Assembly: GCF_006345805.1 (NCBI RefSeq)
Contig: NC_043003.1
Span: forward strand, 79,546,001-79,610,000
Source: Octopus sinensis
Taxonomy: Eukaryota
Direction of reading: 5' to 3'
DNA: 64,000 bases
A program made the position numbers and the translations under genes. The first letter of the stretch is position 1, and each line of letters begins with the position of its first letter. Below, in pieces: positions 50,632-63,195 of the stretch. Under the pieces are notes generated by a model that did no database searches, was not told the DNA's origin, and saw nothing but the letters and a program-made list of their open reading frames with translations.

Positions 50632-51635
50632 ACTCTCTCTCCCACACACGTGCGCGCGCACAATGACATGTATGGAAGTATACACACACACACATACACA
50701 CATTCATACTTGTGCTTGTATATACGATGGGCTTCCGTACAATTTCTGTCTATGAAATGTCACAAGAAGATGGTTAACCTGAAGTTATTGGAGAAGAAAC
50801 TTGCCTAACTTGTCGCAGGGTGGGATTAAATGTGTAAGTACGCGTTTATAAAGCGAACTTGTGAACCACATAGTTATTCTTATCATGCTGACAGGATTTT
50901 TTTTCAGTCTGTTTTGAGCTTAAAAGAAGTAGGTGTTGGCTGAATCGGAATTTAGCAATGTTGCATGTGGTAGATAAGGCATATTAAAATAGAAGATGCT
51001 TCAAAAACTCATTTAGCATAAGCTGAAATATCCTGATAAATATGTGATAAAGAACCCAGCGTGTTACGTGACGAGTATTTTTGGCTTTAACGAATTTGAT
51101 AACCCATGGAAAACGAAAGAGTGCATATGATAAGTACATGCACACACACACACATACACACACACACACACACACACATACACACACACACACACACACA
51201 TCTGTGCATACTGTTTTCTTTAGAGGATGTTTTGAATCCTTATTATAAAGAAATGCGAGTTTCTAACAAGACACCGAAGCTCAATCACTGTAATTTGGAT
51301 AATAACAGCGCTGTTACATGTTCAACTTTAGAAAAGTCTTGCATGTTTGTAGTGTTCCACTTTCAGAGTTTATTTGTAAAGTGCATGTTAGGTGTTTATT
51401 ATAGCTTTTCAAGGTTGCCTTTTAAAAATTTAATTTACTCGTTCTCCGTGGTCTGTATTTGTTTTTAGCATCTTGTTCTAAATCACTTTACAATACCTGG
51501 AATCAGTGATTGAAAGATTATTTAAGGTTAGCCAGTCTGCTTGGTTTTAAGCAAGTTATGGATCAAAAACATCTACCAAGTCTTATAGTAGCACTTACTC
51601 ACTGCTCCAATATATATATATATATATATATATAT

Positions 51636-51752
51636 CATCATCATCATGTGACCGACCAGACCATCAGATGTTGCTACACATCGCTGGTCACAATGCGTTC
51701 GCATTCTTTTAGCCTTCGAATGACGCCACCTCGCTGGCTAAGCGAGCAGGCC
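51636..51752 (-). mobile_element. SINE family C tail 1 fragment
   Basis: gtgaccgaccagaccatcagatgttgctacacatcgctggtcacaatgcg. Confidence 0.8.
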
Positions 51753-51755
51753 ATA

Positions 51756-51864
<109 letters not shown>

Positions 51865-51869
51865 TATAT

Positions 51870-51911
<42 letters not shown>

Positions 51912-51929
51912 AATATATACATAAAAAAA

Positions 51930-53425
51930 AGTCAAAGTAGAAAATGCTAAAATAATTTTATAAAAAACATTTCAGTACCGGTTTCAGTCATTGATACTTT
52001 TTCAACTGTAAGTATGGAAAACAATTAAATTTTGGAAAAATTAAACAAAAGTTTTTTTAAAGAATATTTGCATAGTGTTCAAATACAAGAGGCATTTTCC
52101 TTGTATCTGCCTGTCTCTGTGTCTCTTGTTTACTTTTGTGGGTTCGAGATCGTTGTGAATTCTTGACAGAGAAGAAGAAGAAGAAGAAGAAGAAGAAGAA
52201 TGTGGGAGTGCTATGATAGTTATAGGTTGTTAAATGGTCAAGTGCTCCGAAAGTGACTTGTTGTGGATGAAAGTAGTGATTGAATTCTTGAGACATCACT
52301 TTTGAATGTATTGTTTATAATATCTGTGTAGGTGTTATTCTAAACAGCAGTAGTCGTAAAGTAAGGAGAGGAAGAAGAAGACGAAGAAGAAGACGAAGAA
52401 GAAGACGAAGAAGAAGAAGGGGAAAGAGAGGAAGAGAAAATAATAAAGGTATGCGGGATGGTGTGATAGTAGTAGGATGTTAAATGGTCAAGTGAACTAA
52501 AATTGGCTCGTTGTGGATTATAGCAGTGATTGGGACTGTTATTAATGAATTCATGGGTATCTCTTTAGAATGTATCATTTAAAATTTTTGCGTGTGTGTT
52601 ATTCTAAAGCCGTGGTGGATATGTCATTTGTTGTAGATGCGTTCAAAAGGGGGTCCGTATTTTGTAATAAAGAGAGTCTCTTTACTAATTCGTTGGCTAC
52701 AGGTTGTATCGTCCCTGAATTGATAGAGGGGAAAATTCTGAAGCTCGGATTTTTGCTATTGGCGCAAATGTTGATGTGTTGGCTGAATGCTATTTTTCTG
52801 GTTTTTTGAATTTTGACCTGGGATCTGTGCAGAGCCATCCTTTGACGTAGACTGGTTTTTGTTTGGCCTATGTATTGCTCTTGACACAAGAGCAGGTTAG
52901 TGCGTACATCAGGTTCTCCGAAGCCCATGTGAAGCTGCTTTTCACTGTGAAACGTTGTCCCTGTTTGAAGGAGAACACTGATCCCTCAATTAAATTGGCA
53001 TTTATCCCACAGTTGGGTCTTCCGCATTTTTTATTGACAGCTTTAGTGTTGTTGTTGAGCGTATTCGGGCTTGTGTTAGGAGACTTTTCAAAGATTTGGG
53101 CTTCATTGTTAAGAGGGTTGTGAGTGGAGATATATGGTAGGGCTTTTGGTTGTAAATCCTTCTTTAATTTGGGATTTCTAAGTACATGAATGTTGGAAGC
53201 TTTTGTCAGTTAGTGAAGGTGGGTAGTTCCGGGTGATGAGTGTATCCTTTAGTTCGTGTAGTCGTGTGTCCCTGGTGCTTGCATTAGAAACTATAGTACA
53301 TATCCCATTTGTTAGGTTGAAGGAGATATTCATTCTGGTATGTCTGGAGTAGCATGAGTTGAACGGTAGATATTGTTTGGAGTCCGTGGGCTTATAGTAT
53401 ATATCTGTTTCTATTACGTTGCTAG
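51930..53425 (-). mobile_element. 5'-truncated Neptune-type Penelope-like element (RT thumb, linker, GIY-YIG, 3' terminal region)
   Basis: ETDIYYKPTDSKQYL; KCGRPNCG linker; NLMYALT..CQEQYIGQTKTSLRQRMALHRSQ; degenerate hammerhead at about 51970-52008 on the same strand. Confidence 0.85.
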
Positions 53426-54145
53426 AAAGAAAGATAGATGTAGTGATAGAGTGATAGAGTATCAGTGATGTAGGTTAAGAAGTACCAAAAAAAGTGTATT
53501 ATGGACGACAAGCTGATTCAAGAAAAGCTTACTCAGCAGTAAGCGAGAAAGGTGTGCTTCTCGCCATAAAGCTAAATTATACTCAACAATTTAATTATAT
53601 TTTTACGGTAGCTAATATACAGTTGAATGTAGGAGACATCTATGTATTTTGAATTAGCTGCTGACGCAGATTCGAGAGAATATAGAAAAGAGAATTGTAG
53701 TGACTTCATTTTGATCGTACGAATCTTTCTTGTATCTGCATTCACACCTCGTTTAAAATATATAAATGAATTATCTCCCGCTTTTCGGTTAAGTATGGCT
53801 ATCGCATGTTAAAAGAAGCATTTGTTGAAGTTTTGTCATGTAATGACAGCAGATGAAAATAAAGTTAGTTTTACACAGTGGAGGAAGGGGATGAGAATTT
53901 TTCTTTTCTTTTTGTCAGAATACCATTCTGTATGGAAACAGTATATTCTTTATGAACACAACATAATTTTTTATGAACACAGTGCAGTTTTTTTCATGAA
54001 CACAAAATAATTCTATATGGCATTATATAATGTAAGAACACAGGAAAAGCTCCATCAACAAAGATAAATATAATATTTAATTCCATTCACATATATGAGA
54101 GAAGTGAAACATCAGAAATTCTCATGTCATGGGATAGCTGCAATG

Positions 54146-54545
54146 AATTCTTTTCTACTCTAGGCACAAGGCCCGAAATTTTTGGGGAGGGGGCCAGTCG
54201 ATTAGATCTACCCCAGTACGCAACAAGTACTCATTTTCTCGACCTCGAAGGGATGAAAGGCAAAGTCGACCTCGGCGGAATTTGAACTCAGAACGTAAAG
54301 CCAGACAAAATACCTATTTCTTTACTACCTACAAGGGGCTAAACACAGAGAGGACAAACAAGGACAGAAAACGGATTAAGTCGATTATATCGACCCCAGT
54401 GCGTAACTGGTACTTATTTAATCGACCCCGAAAGGATGAAAGGCAAAGTCGACCTCGGCGGAATTTGAACTCAGAATGTAAGGACAGACGAAATACCGCT
54501 AAGCGTTTCGCCCGGTGTGCTAACGATTCTGCCACCTCGCCGCCT
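54146..54545 (-). mobile_element. Dimeric SINE family A (tail A + tail B) with 13-bp TSD around the whole dimer
   Basis: TSD gat(a/t)gctgcaat(g/t) at 54133-54145 and 54546-54558; junction aaagaaata|ggtattttgtc at about 54314. Confidence 0.88.
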
Positions 54546-55188
54546 GATTGCTGCAATTAATTATCAGTAAAGAATACAGAAGTATTCACTAAAAGTGGGA
54601 GTAATTTACTACACAATATCTACAGCTCCATTGGAAAGAGGATGTAAATTAAGACTTGTAATACTAGATCTTTGGTAAGCTACACAATAACCCTACTGTT
54701 GATAGTAGAACAGGCAAAGAAAATCCGGTAAGAAATAGGCGTCTACGTTTCTAAAAGAACTCAAGTACAATTTCCGATATCCTGTTCTGTTTCCATAAAA
54801 GGTGGCAGTTCACAGCGTAAGAGATATAGTACCATCAACATTGGCCAATCCTTAGTCATCATTGCTCACTATCAATAGTAAAGCCAACGGCTGGATCGTC
54901 ATTAACTTGTAAAATGTATTGTGGCCTGGCACATAAGTTAGGATTAAGAATATCCTCTCAAAATTGTCAGGCTTACACCTACTGAATAGGTCAACCAATA
55001 CCAAAAAGAAAAAATATGTGATACGCTGTCTGAATTAGGAATGTTAGTATATGTACGTATATGATAGTAAATTACAGTGGTACACCTAAAAAATAACTAA
55101 ATAAACCGTACTTATTGATAACTCTCCTAGAATTGTTCTAGCTTACGACTCTAATAATATAATATAATATAATATAATATAATATAAT

Positions 55189-55230
<42 letters not shown>

Positions 55231-55260
55231 TACATGTTTATATCTATTTACCTTCCTCCC

Positions 55261-55315
<55 letters not shown>

Positions 55316-55893
55316 CACATTCATACATACATACATATGTACATACATACATACGTACGTACGTACATACATATATACATATGGATATACATCCTATTTC
55401 CACTGGAGCTGTAGATATTGTGTAGCAAATTTCTCCAGTTTTTAGTGAATATTTCTATTTTCTGTGCTGACAATTAACTATAGCTATCTCATGTCATAAG
55501 AATTTCTGATACTCCATTTCTCTCATATATGTGAGAGGAATTAAATATTATATTTATATTTGTTAATGGAGCTTTTTCCATGTTCTTACAGTATATAATA
55601 TCCATATAGAACTATGTTGTGTTTATGAAGAAATTGTACTGGGCTCATAAAAATCGGACTGTGTTCATAAAGAATTATATCGTTTCCATACATATATCGT
55701 TTCAGACAAAAAAAAAAAAAGAAAGAAGGAAAATAAATAAAAAGAAAAGAAAAATTCTCATCCTTTTCCTCCTCATATTTTCATTACATGACAAAATGTT
55801 TCTTATATATATATAAATTAAATAATGAGGGTAGAAATTGATATCAATGAATTAACATCAATTTAAACCAAAAAAATCCAAAGATTTAAAAAT

Positions 55894-56280
55894 TATATTA
55901 CAATTAATAAGATGAATGACCACCAAAGTGGATTCCTATACGCTAGAGATGGACGTCAAATGGCCTTACCACAAAGAGTGTGTTCTCAAGAAAAAAGAAA
56001 ACCTGCAAACGCCAAATTGCAAAAAAATAAGCAAGGCAAATGAAAAATTTACAAATTTTACAAAATAAAGCGATTACCTACGTATCATCATTTCATTATC
56101 GATACTTGCAAAAAGCAAAATGCATTTTGTATTTTGCGAGTATTAATAATGAAATGATGATACGTAGGTAAATTTTTCATTTGCCTTGCTTATTTGGTAC
56201 ATTTTAAGGTGATTTGACGTCTATCTCTAGCGTATAGGTATTCACTTTAGTGGTCATTCCTCTTATAAATTGTAATATAT
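55894..56280. repeat. About 390-bp palindromic (foldback/MITE-like) element
   Basis: Centre caaaatgcattttg (56116-56129); arms include a perfect 28-bp match aaataagcaaggcaaatgaaaaatttac and its reverse complement. Confidence 0.85.
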
Positions 56281-56590
56281 ATATATATATATACGTTTAA
56301 ATATTTGTTGTGCAATAGAAATACAAAATGGCTGACGGTTAGTAAGGAGAGACACAAATAAGAAAGAAGAAAATAAAGGACCACTGATGCGGTCACAGAG
56401 TGTGACGAAGAACTCTGGCCGAAATAAGATTAAGATTAATGTAAAAAATAAATAACAATGAAGCAAAATAACACAAATATATTTGCGTTGTGTTTTATTG
56501 GCTAACTGGCAAAATGACCATTCATTCGAAATATAACAATATATATTATATATATATATATGATATAAATAATATATAATTATATGCATA

Positions 56591-56722
56591 TCATCATCAT
56601 CATGGCTCGGCTTCGCGAACGAAGATCAGGAAGGCTGTCCACGTCGCGTGCATGCACGCTCATGACTGACAAGTCCGATATGGAAAGGCAGGTCCGTGAG
56701 CAGTGTCCACAGACGAAGGTAA
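56591..56722 (-). mobile_element. RTE-type LINE 3' tail fragment
   Basis: Encodes FVCGHCSRTCLS.IGLVSHERAC and ends cttcgttcgcgaagccgagcc(atg)n. Confidence 0.7.
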
Positions 56723-56732
56723 CATATACATG

Positions 56733-56950
56733 GCAGAAACGTTAGCACGCCGGGCGAAATGCGTAACCGTATTTCGTCTGCCGCTACGTTCTGAGTTCAA
56801 ACTCCGCCGAGGTCGACTTTGCCTTTCATCCTTTCGGGGTCGATAAATAAAGTACCAGTTACGCACTGGAGTCGATGTAATCGACTTAATCCGTTTGTCT
56901 GTCCTTGTTTGTCCCCTCTATGTTTAGCCCCTTGTGGGTAGTAAAGAAAT
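56733..56950 (+). mobile_element. SINE family A (tail A)
   Basis: tggcagaaacgttagcacgcc ... ccccttgtgggtagtaaagaaata. Confidence 0.9.
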
Positions 56951-57059
56951 ATATATATGCATACCTACATATATATGTATAAATACATTCATATATATGC
57001 ATACCTACATATATATATATATGCATATACATATATATGCATACCTACATATATAAGAG

Positions 57060-58715
57060 GGTACAGTCCCTCAGGATATGCGGGATGACAACATCATTAC
57101 GCTCTACAAACAAAAGGTGACCGTGGTGATTGTAACAATTACCGTGGTATACATCTTCTAAGCACTGTTGGAAAGACTTTGCCCGCGTTATCCTGGCCAG
57201 GCTACAAACTACTTGCTTCTCGAATCTATCCGGAATCGCAGTGTGGCTTTTAGAAGAAGCAGATCAACTATCGATATGATATTCTCCATACGCCACTTCA
57301 GGAGAAGTCCAGAGAGCAGAAAATGCCATTATATATGGCCTTCATTGATCTAACAAAGGCTTTTGACTCGGTAAGCAGAACAGGCCTCTTCCTCTGCTCC
57401 AAAAAATCGGATGTCCACCAAAGCTGCTGAGGATCATCAAGTCTTTCCATGATGACATGCAAGGCACCATACAGCACAACGGTTCAACATCAGTCGCCTT
57501 CAAATAAAAAACGGGGTAAAGCAAGGCTGTGTCCTCGCTCCTACATTGTTTGGCATCTTCTTCTCACTCTTACTGTCACATGCCTTTCAGACATCAGATG
57601 ATGGAGTGTTTCTGCACAGTAGAAGTGACGGAAACTGTTCAATCTCTCGCGCCTGCGTGCCAAGACCAAAATCAGAAAGTCCTGATCAAGGAGATGTTAT
57701 TTGCTGATGATGCCGCTCTGGTACCACACACAGAAAAGCCCTCCAAGGCTCATTAACTGTTTTGAGCAAGCATGTAACGACTTTGGCTTAGCTATCAGCC
57801 TTAAGAAGACCAACATCATGGGCCAGGCTACATCGGACATCCCAAACATACATATTGGAGACCACAGATTACAAGAGGTGGAAAGTTTACCTATCTGGGC
57901 TCTACCGTCACCTACAACCTATCCCTTGACGCTGAGCTCAATATACGCATTGGCAAGGCAGCTGCTGCGATGGCCCAACTCTCCAAACGGCTTGGGACAA
58001 CAATAAGCTGACCAAGACCACAAAATGAAGATCTACCAGGCATGTGTGTACTCAGCACTCTACTGTATGGAAGCGAGACCTGGACGCTATACCCACGCCA
58101 AGAGCGTCGCCTAAACATCTTTCACCTGCGCTGCCTCCGAAAAATCCTCCACATCAAATGGCAGAATCATATCCCCCCAACAAAGATGTCCTCAGGCAAG
58201 CAGAATACCAAGCATGTTTGCACTCCTCACACAAAGACGTATGAGACGGCTTGGGCATGTTAGCCGTATGAAAGATGGCAGAATCCCCAAGGACATACTC
58301 TACGGAGAGCTTGCTAGGTACTAGGTCTGTGGTAGACCGATCCTACGTTACAAGGATGTTTGCAAAAGGGATATGAAGGCCTGCAACATCAACATTAGCG
58401 GTTGGGAGGCAGTCGCCGGCAACCGTGGAGAATGGCGACGTACAGTAAAAGAGGATACAGAGGAGTGACAGAAAGAGAGAGGAAGAAATGGAAAGAAAGG
58501 AAGAGACATAAACAAGAGACCATGGCACTACAACCAGCCAGGAACAGTCTTCGCTACATTTGCAGTACCTGCCAGAGGGAGTGTTTGTCCAGGATAGGAC
58601 TACACATCCACAGCAAGAAATGTAACAGGAAATAAAATACAACAGCCGGACTAGACCTAGAAAAAAAAAAAAGGCGCAACTCCATTGTCTCCCGAGACAG
58701 AAAGGATGCCAATAC
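57060..58715 (+). pseudogene. 5'-truncated RTE-clade (BovB-like) LINE, frameshifted RT
   Basis: NNYRGI.LLS, FIDLTKAFDSVSR, GVKQGCVLAPTLF, LFADDAAL, LLYGSETWTLY and C-terminal YICSTCQRECLSRIGLHIHSKKC. Confidence 0.92.
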
Positions 58716-58734
58716 CAATACATATATATATGTA

Positions 58735-59365
58735 CTAGCAGTATCGCCCGGCGTTGCTCGGTTTTGTAAGGGAAATAACTATATAAGCATTTTTAGAGAG
58801 TTTAAGCAAAAAAATAGTAAAAATGCATAAAAAATGGAATATGATGGTAAATTTTTTGAAAAATCGTTGACTCATCGTAGACATTTTTAAGAGTTACTTC
58901 CCTTATATAATAGCGAAAAAATGCATTAAAATGGAAAAAAAACGATGGTAAATATTTTTTTAAATCGTAGACTCATGTAGACGCTTTCTTAGCCATTTCT
59001 GTTTTGGTGTCTTCAAGCCATGAAGTCGTTGTTCTAAAAGAACGCTGGTCTCCTTGACAACGCATTACGACGTTGATTTCCTTACACTCCCTTCCCCACA
59101 GTGCAGGTGTGAGCGTGGACGCCAACTCCGCCGCCACCGACACACGAAAAATTATGCATTAAAATGGAATAAAAAATGATGTTAAATTATTTTTAAAATC
59201 GTAGACTCATCGTAGACGCGCGCTAATACTCAGACGGGCTCGATATGAATCACGACTATAAGCTACCCGAATTTGGTTAAACTGCACACGCAAAATGTGG
59301 GAGTAGTTAGAAATCTAAATCGAAGGGGACAGACACTCACACAACTACAGTTTTATATATATAGA
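58735..59365 (-). mobile_element. Non-autonomous Helitron (631 bp)
   Basis: Minus strand A|TCtatatatataaaa ... ccgagcaacgccgggcgatactgCTAG|T: 5' TC, 3' hairpin plus CTAG, AT insertion site. Confidence 0.8.
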
Positions 59366-59369
59366 TATA

Positions 59370-59815
59370 CATAGCGCAGTAGTGGTGGATGTGACAGCAA
59401 AGAAAAGCATACATTCACTCTCTGCATGCAATTAGACTCGGAAAGTTCGTGAGGAACCCATTGACCCAATTTGCTGACTTTTCCGATAGCACACAGGTCT
59501 CAATGAATGGTTGAATGACCAATCCAAGCTTCTCTGCTAGTTCCTCAACAGTTACGATGAGATTTTGTTCCACCAGGTTTTCAGGATGTCCTTGTCGAGT
59601 TCTACAGATCTTTCAGGATGAGGCTCGTCTTCTAGGCTGTTCCAATATAGCTTTGAAAAAAATAGCTGTTAAAATCGAAATGCACTCTTCAAAACTTGCA
59701 CTATGAATAAGGACAAGATAAAATTACTACCTGCTTTTATAGCAAGTCAATATAAGTAGTTTATCCCATCCCCTCTGACTTTTAGTTCAAGCTGTTGAAA
59801 AAACCGCATTATTAT
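59370..59815 (-). mobile_element. Mariner 5' fragment
   Basis: SLEDEPHPERSVE..LVEQNLIVTVEELAEKLG..KLGQWVPHELSE; TIR remnant taataatgcggtttttt. Confidence 0.75.
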
Positions 59816-60088
59816 ATATATATACATACATACATACATACATACATACACATACACACTCTCTCTCTCTCTCACACACATGCACACATTTATATTCTGT
59901 TATTCTTTTATATGTTTCAGCCTTGAGGTTGTGGCCATGCTGGATCATGTGTGTGTGTGTGTGTGTCTATCTGTCTGTCTGTCTGTCTGTATATATGTAT
60001 ATGTATGTGTGTGAACAATAATATTTTCAACAGATGTGTTGCAAATGTATCTGATTGTTCTCAAGCTTCAATACTGTGTGTGTGTGTA

Positions 60089-60123
<35 letters not shown>

Positions 60124-60834
60124 ATGTATGTATGTATGTATGTGTGTATGTATGTATGTGTGTGTGTATGTATGTATGTGTGTGTGTGTATGTATGTATG
60201 TATGTATGTATGTATGTATGTATGTATGTATGTATGAGTGTTCCTCAAATCACTATCTCTGGCTATTTACTCTCTTCCAAGAACATTTTCACTCACACTT
60301 ATGTGTTAGCTTCCCATACATTTTACTCATGTATCTATCAGCGTGATAGGGAGAAACAAATATTACATCTAGTTTCACTTTATTCGTTGCCCACTGTGTG
60401 TGTGCGTTTGCGTGTGGTGTAAACCAGACTAAGAAAAGCATTTGACACACACACACCAGAATGTGAGTTTTCTGTAAATTATGCTTAATTGGAGTTTAAA
60501 TTTTAAAAACTGGACCTGGCATGACGCGATGCATTGTACTCTTTAAAATTGCTAGGTAAATTGTAATTGAAGAAATCCTATATTGTAGATTTGTATAACT
60601 CCCAAAGGGAGGCAGATAAAATCTGCCTTTTATAATAAGAGATATATACATGTATATATGGGTACAGGACATAAAAAACGTCGACAATGAGAAATGAAAA
60701 CATAAAGAACAAAAACATTGAAGACGAACATTTTTTCGAACAACGAAAAAAAATAAAACAGGGAAACGAGACATGCAACATAAAGAACATTCCCTTCATC
60801 AGTTGTCCCCTGTTTTATCTACTCCGCGTTTCTC

Positions 60835-61031
60835 TTTTATTTGTTTCATTCATTTGACTGCGGCCATGCTGGAGCACCGCATTTAGTCGAGCAAATTGAC
60901 TCCAGGACTTATTCTTTGTAAGCCTAGTACTTATTCTATCGGTCTCTTTTGGCCGAACCGCTAAGTTACGGGGACGTGAATACACGAACATCCGTTGTCA
61001 AGCGATAGTAGGATGATAAACACAGACACAC

Positions 61032-61083
<52 letters not shown>

Positions 61084-61235
61084 CGACGGGCTTCTTTCAG
61101 TTTCCGTCTACCAAATCCACTCACAAGGCTTTAGTCGGTCCGAAACTATAGTAGAAGACACTTGCCCAAGGTGCCAGGTAGTGGGACTGAACCCGGAACC
61201 ACGTGGTTGGTAAGCAAGTACTTATCACACAACCA
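60835..61235 (-). mobile_element. SINE family B
   Basis: Tail catttgactgcggccatgctggagcaccgc through head ggaaccacgtggttggtaagcaag. Confidence 0.88.
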
Positions 61236-61711
61236 GTGTACTTTTACAAAGTACCTAAGTTGTATTTTGAAGTGCAACCTTAAAAAACTATCCAAGTTAA
61301 ACTGTACTTACAGTTGCGTCAACCATTTGTATTTGTGGAGCCGCTTGTCTGTTAATATATATATTAACGAAGAAAAGCTGTCTATCTTTCATCGTATTCA
61401 CTTTCTAAGTATTATAAATGAAAATATTTCATCCTCATGGCGCCATTAGCAGAAATATTGGAATATGACACTACTTTCTACCTGAAAGTTATTGCGTTTT
61501 GGATCACTCCAGACAACAGTGCTTGCAGCGAGGAAGAACAGTGTGAATGAAAAGATGTTGTACGTTTGAAAGAAAAAAAAGAAAAAAGAAAAAAAGAGCT
61601 GCCTTGAAGAAATGTGCTGCGAAGACCGGCTTCTGTCAAGGGCCTGAATTGGAAAATGATTGAGAAAATTCAATCAATGGAAAGCGACCAAGTGATTATA
61701 TAGTTACTTGA

Positions 61712-62222
61712 ACTAGCAGATGTACCCAAGCATTTAAATAAATAAAAACACAAATTTCTTTACTAGCCACAAGGGGCTAAGCACAGAGGGGACAAACAAG
61801 GACAGACAGACGGTTAAGTCGATTACATCGACCCCAGTGCGTAACTGGTACTTAATTTATCGACTCCCGAAAGGATGAAAGGCAAAGTCGACCACGGCGG
61901 AATTTGAACTCGGAACGTAACGGCAGACGAAATACGGCTACGCATTTCGCCCGGCGTCCTAACGTTTCTGCCAGCTCGCCGCCTTTAAATGAATAAAAAC
62001 ATATCCAAATGAAAGCAATAGTTTCTAGGTAATAGCAAACTGGTGTTCTCGTTTTACGAAATGGGAACTTTTGGTATGGCCACAGAAGACAAACTTTACA
62101 CCGAAGCTCTCGGCAGAGCTTCAAAGAATGCATAAACTTCCTCAGATTTGACTAAGATCGTAGTAAGACTACTCACCACGTCACATTTGTAATATGGTCG
62201 TAATTCCCTCTTTATATATAGA
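61712..62222 (-). mobile_element. Possible degenerate Helitron interrupted by a SINE A
   Basis: actagcagatgtacccaagcatt at the left and ctttatatatagat at the right resemble the ends of the 58735 and 62548 copies. Confidence 0.35.
61753..61983 (-). mobile_element. SINE family A (tail A) with 18-bp TSD
   Basis: tttaaat(a/g)aataaaaaca at 61733-61750 and 61984-62001. Confidence 0.9.
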
Positions 62223-62547
62223 TTTCAAATATGAAATAGAAGCAACGCTTGTGTAACAAACATTATCGACCACATATATATAACGTATACACTTCGTACA
62301 TTTGCGTTGTGGAGATTACTCCATGATACACTTTATTCAGGCCTTCGAATTGACAGAATATCCTTTTGACAATATATTCTTTTGGAATACGTTTGCATGT
62401 ATAAAGAAGAGAAGCCAAATAGAAATCTAATACAAGTCTCCAGAATTACCAACTCTACGTTACTGTAGTAAAGATGATGGAACCTTTGTTGAATGATAGC
62501 CACGCAAGTAGAGTGATGTGACATAACGTGACTGATATATAAATATA

Positions 62548-62939
62548 CTAGCAGTATAGCTCGGCGTTGCTCGGGTTTGTTTCGACTCTTTAGAATTGAA
62601 ATTTTTGAAAAGTAAAAATTTTGCATTATGTAGCTTGTTATTCACTGTAAGTGAACATTTTTCTTGTTGAAATACACCGAAGAATGGTGACACAGCAATA
62701 AAAAAATCGTAAAAAACTAGGGATTTTCATAGAAAAAAAGCACCTTTTTGATGTAAATAATTTTTGATCTTAACATGGTCCGATTTGAATTTTTTCTCCT
62801 ACAGAATGAAAAGCAAGCCTTCTTCTATCCATACTCTCAATTTTGGTCAACTTGCGCCGCAGGGTCTCGGAGGAGATAGTGTTAGTTGAAGGCTACCAAA
62901 CCTGTCACACACAGACAACTTCAGCTTTATATACATAGA
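62548..62939 (-). mobile_element. Non-autonomous Helitron (392 bp)
   Basis: A|TCtatgtatataaagc ... cccgagcaacgccgagctatactgCTAG|T; same termini as 58735 but a different interior. Confidence 0.8.
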
Positions 62940-62984
62940 TTTTCAAAATGTTACTGGTAACAATATTCAGAACATTAGGAGCCT

Positions 62985-63195
62985 AACCAGCCGCCACCTG
63001 TTTGTGCCGGTCGTTGTCGCGACGTCAGGTGTTCTGGGACCCCCCACTACCGATTTCCTTCGCAAAATAGGGATAACAGCAGCCCTTGCGAAAAATGAGC
63101 TCTGCAAGGTGGAGTGGTAGCTGCAGCGATGTGTTGATGGCCATTCTCCGTGACAACACCATTGCAGTTATTATCGCGGGGCGCGGCTTAGCACT
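62985..63195 (+). mobile_element. CRE/HERO-like RLE retrotransposon 3' fragment
   Basis: RHLFVPVVVATSGVLG..TDFLRKIG...MAILRDNTIAVII resembles the F.P...ET.G.WG..FL..LG...AIQRGN C-terminal motif. Confidence 0.55.
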
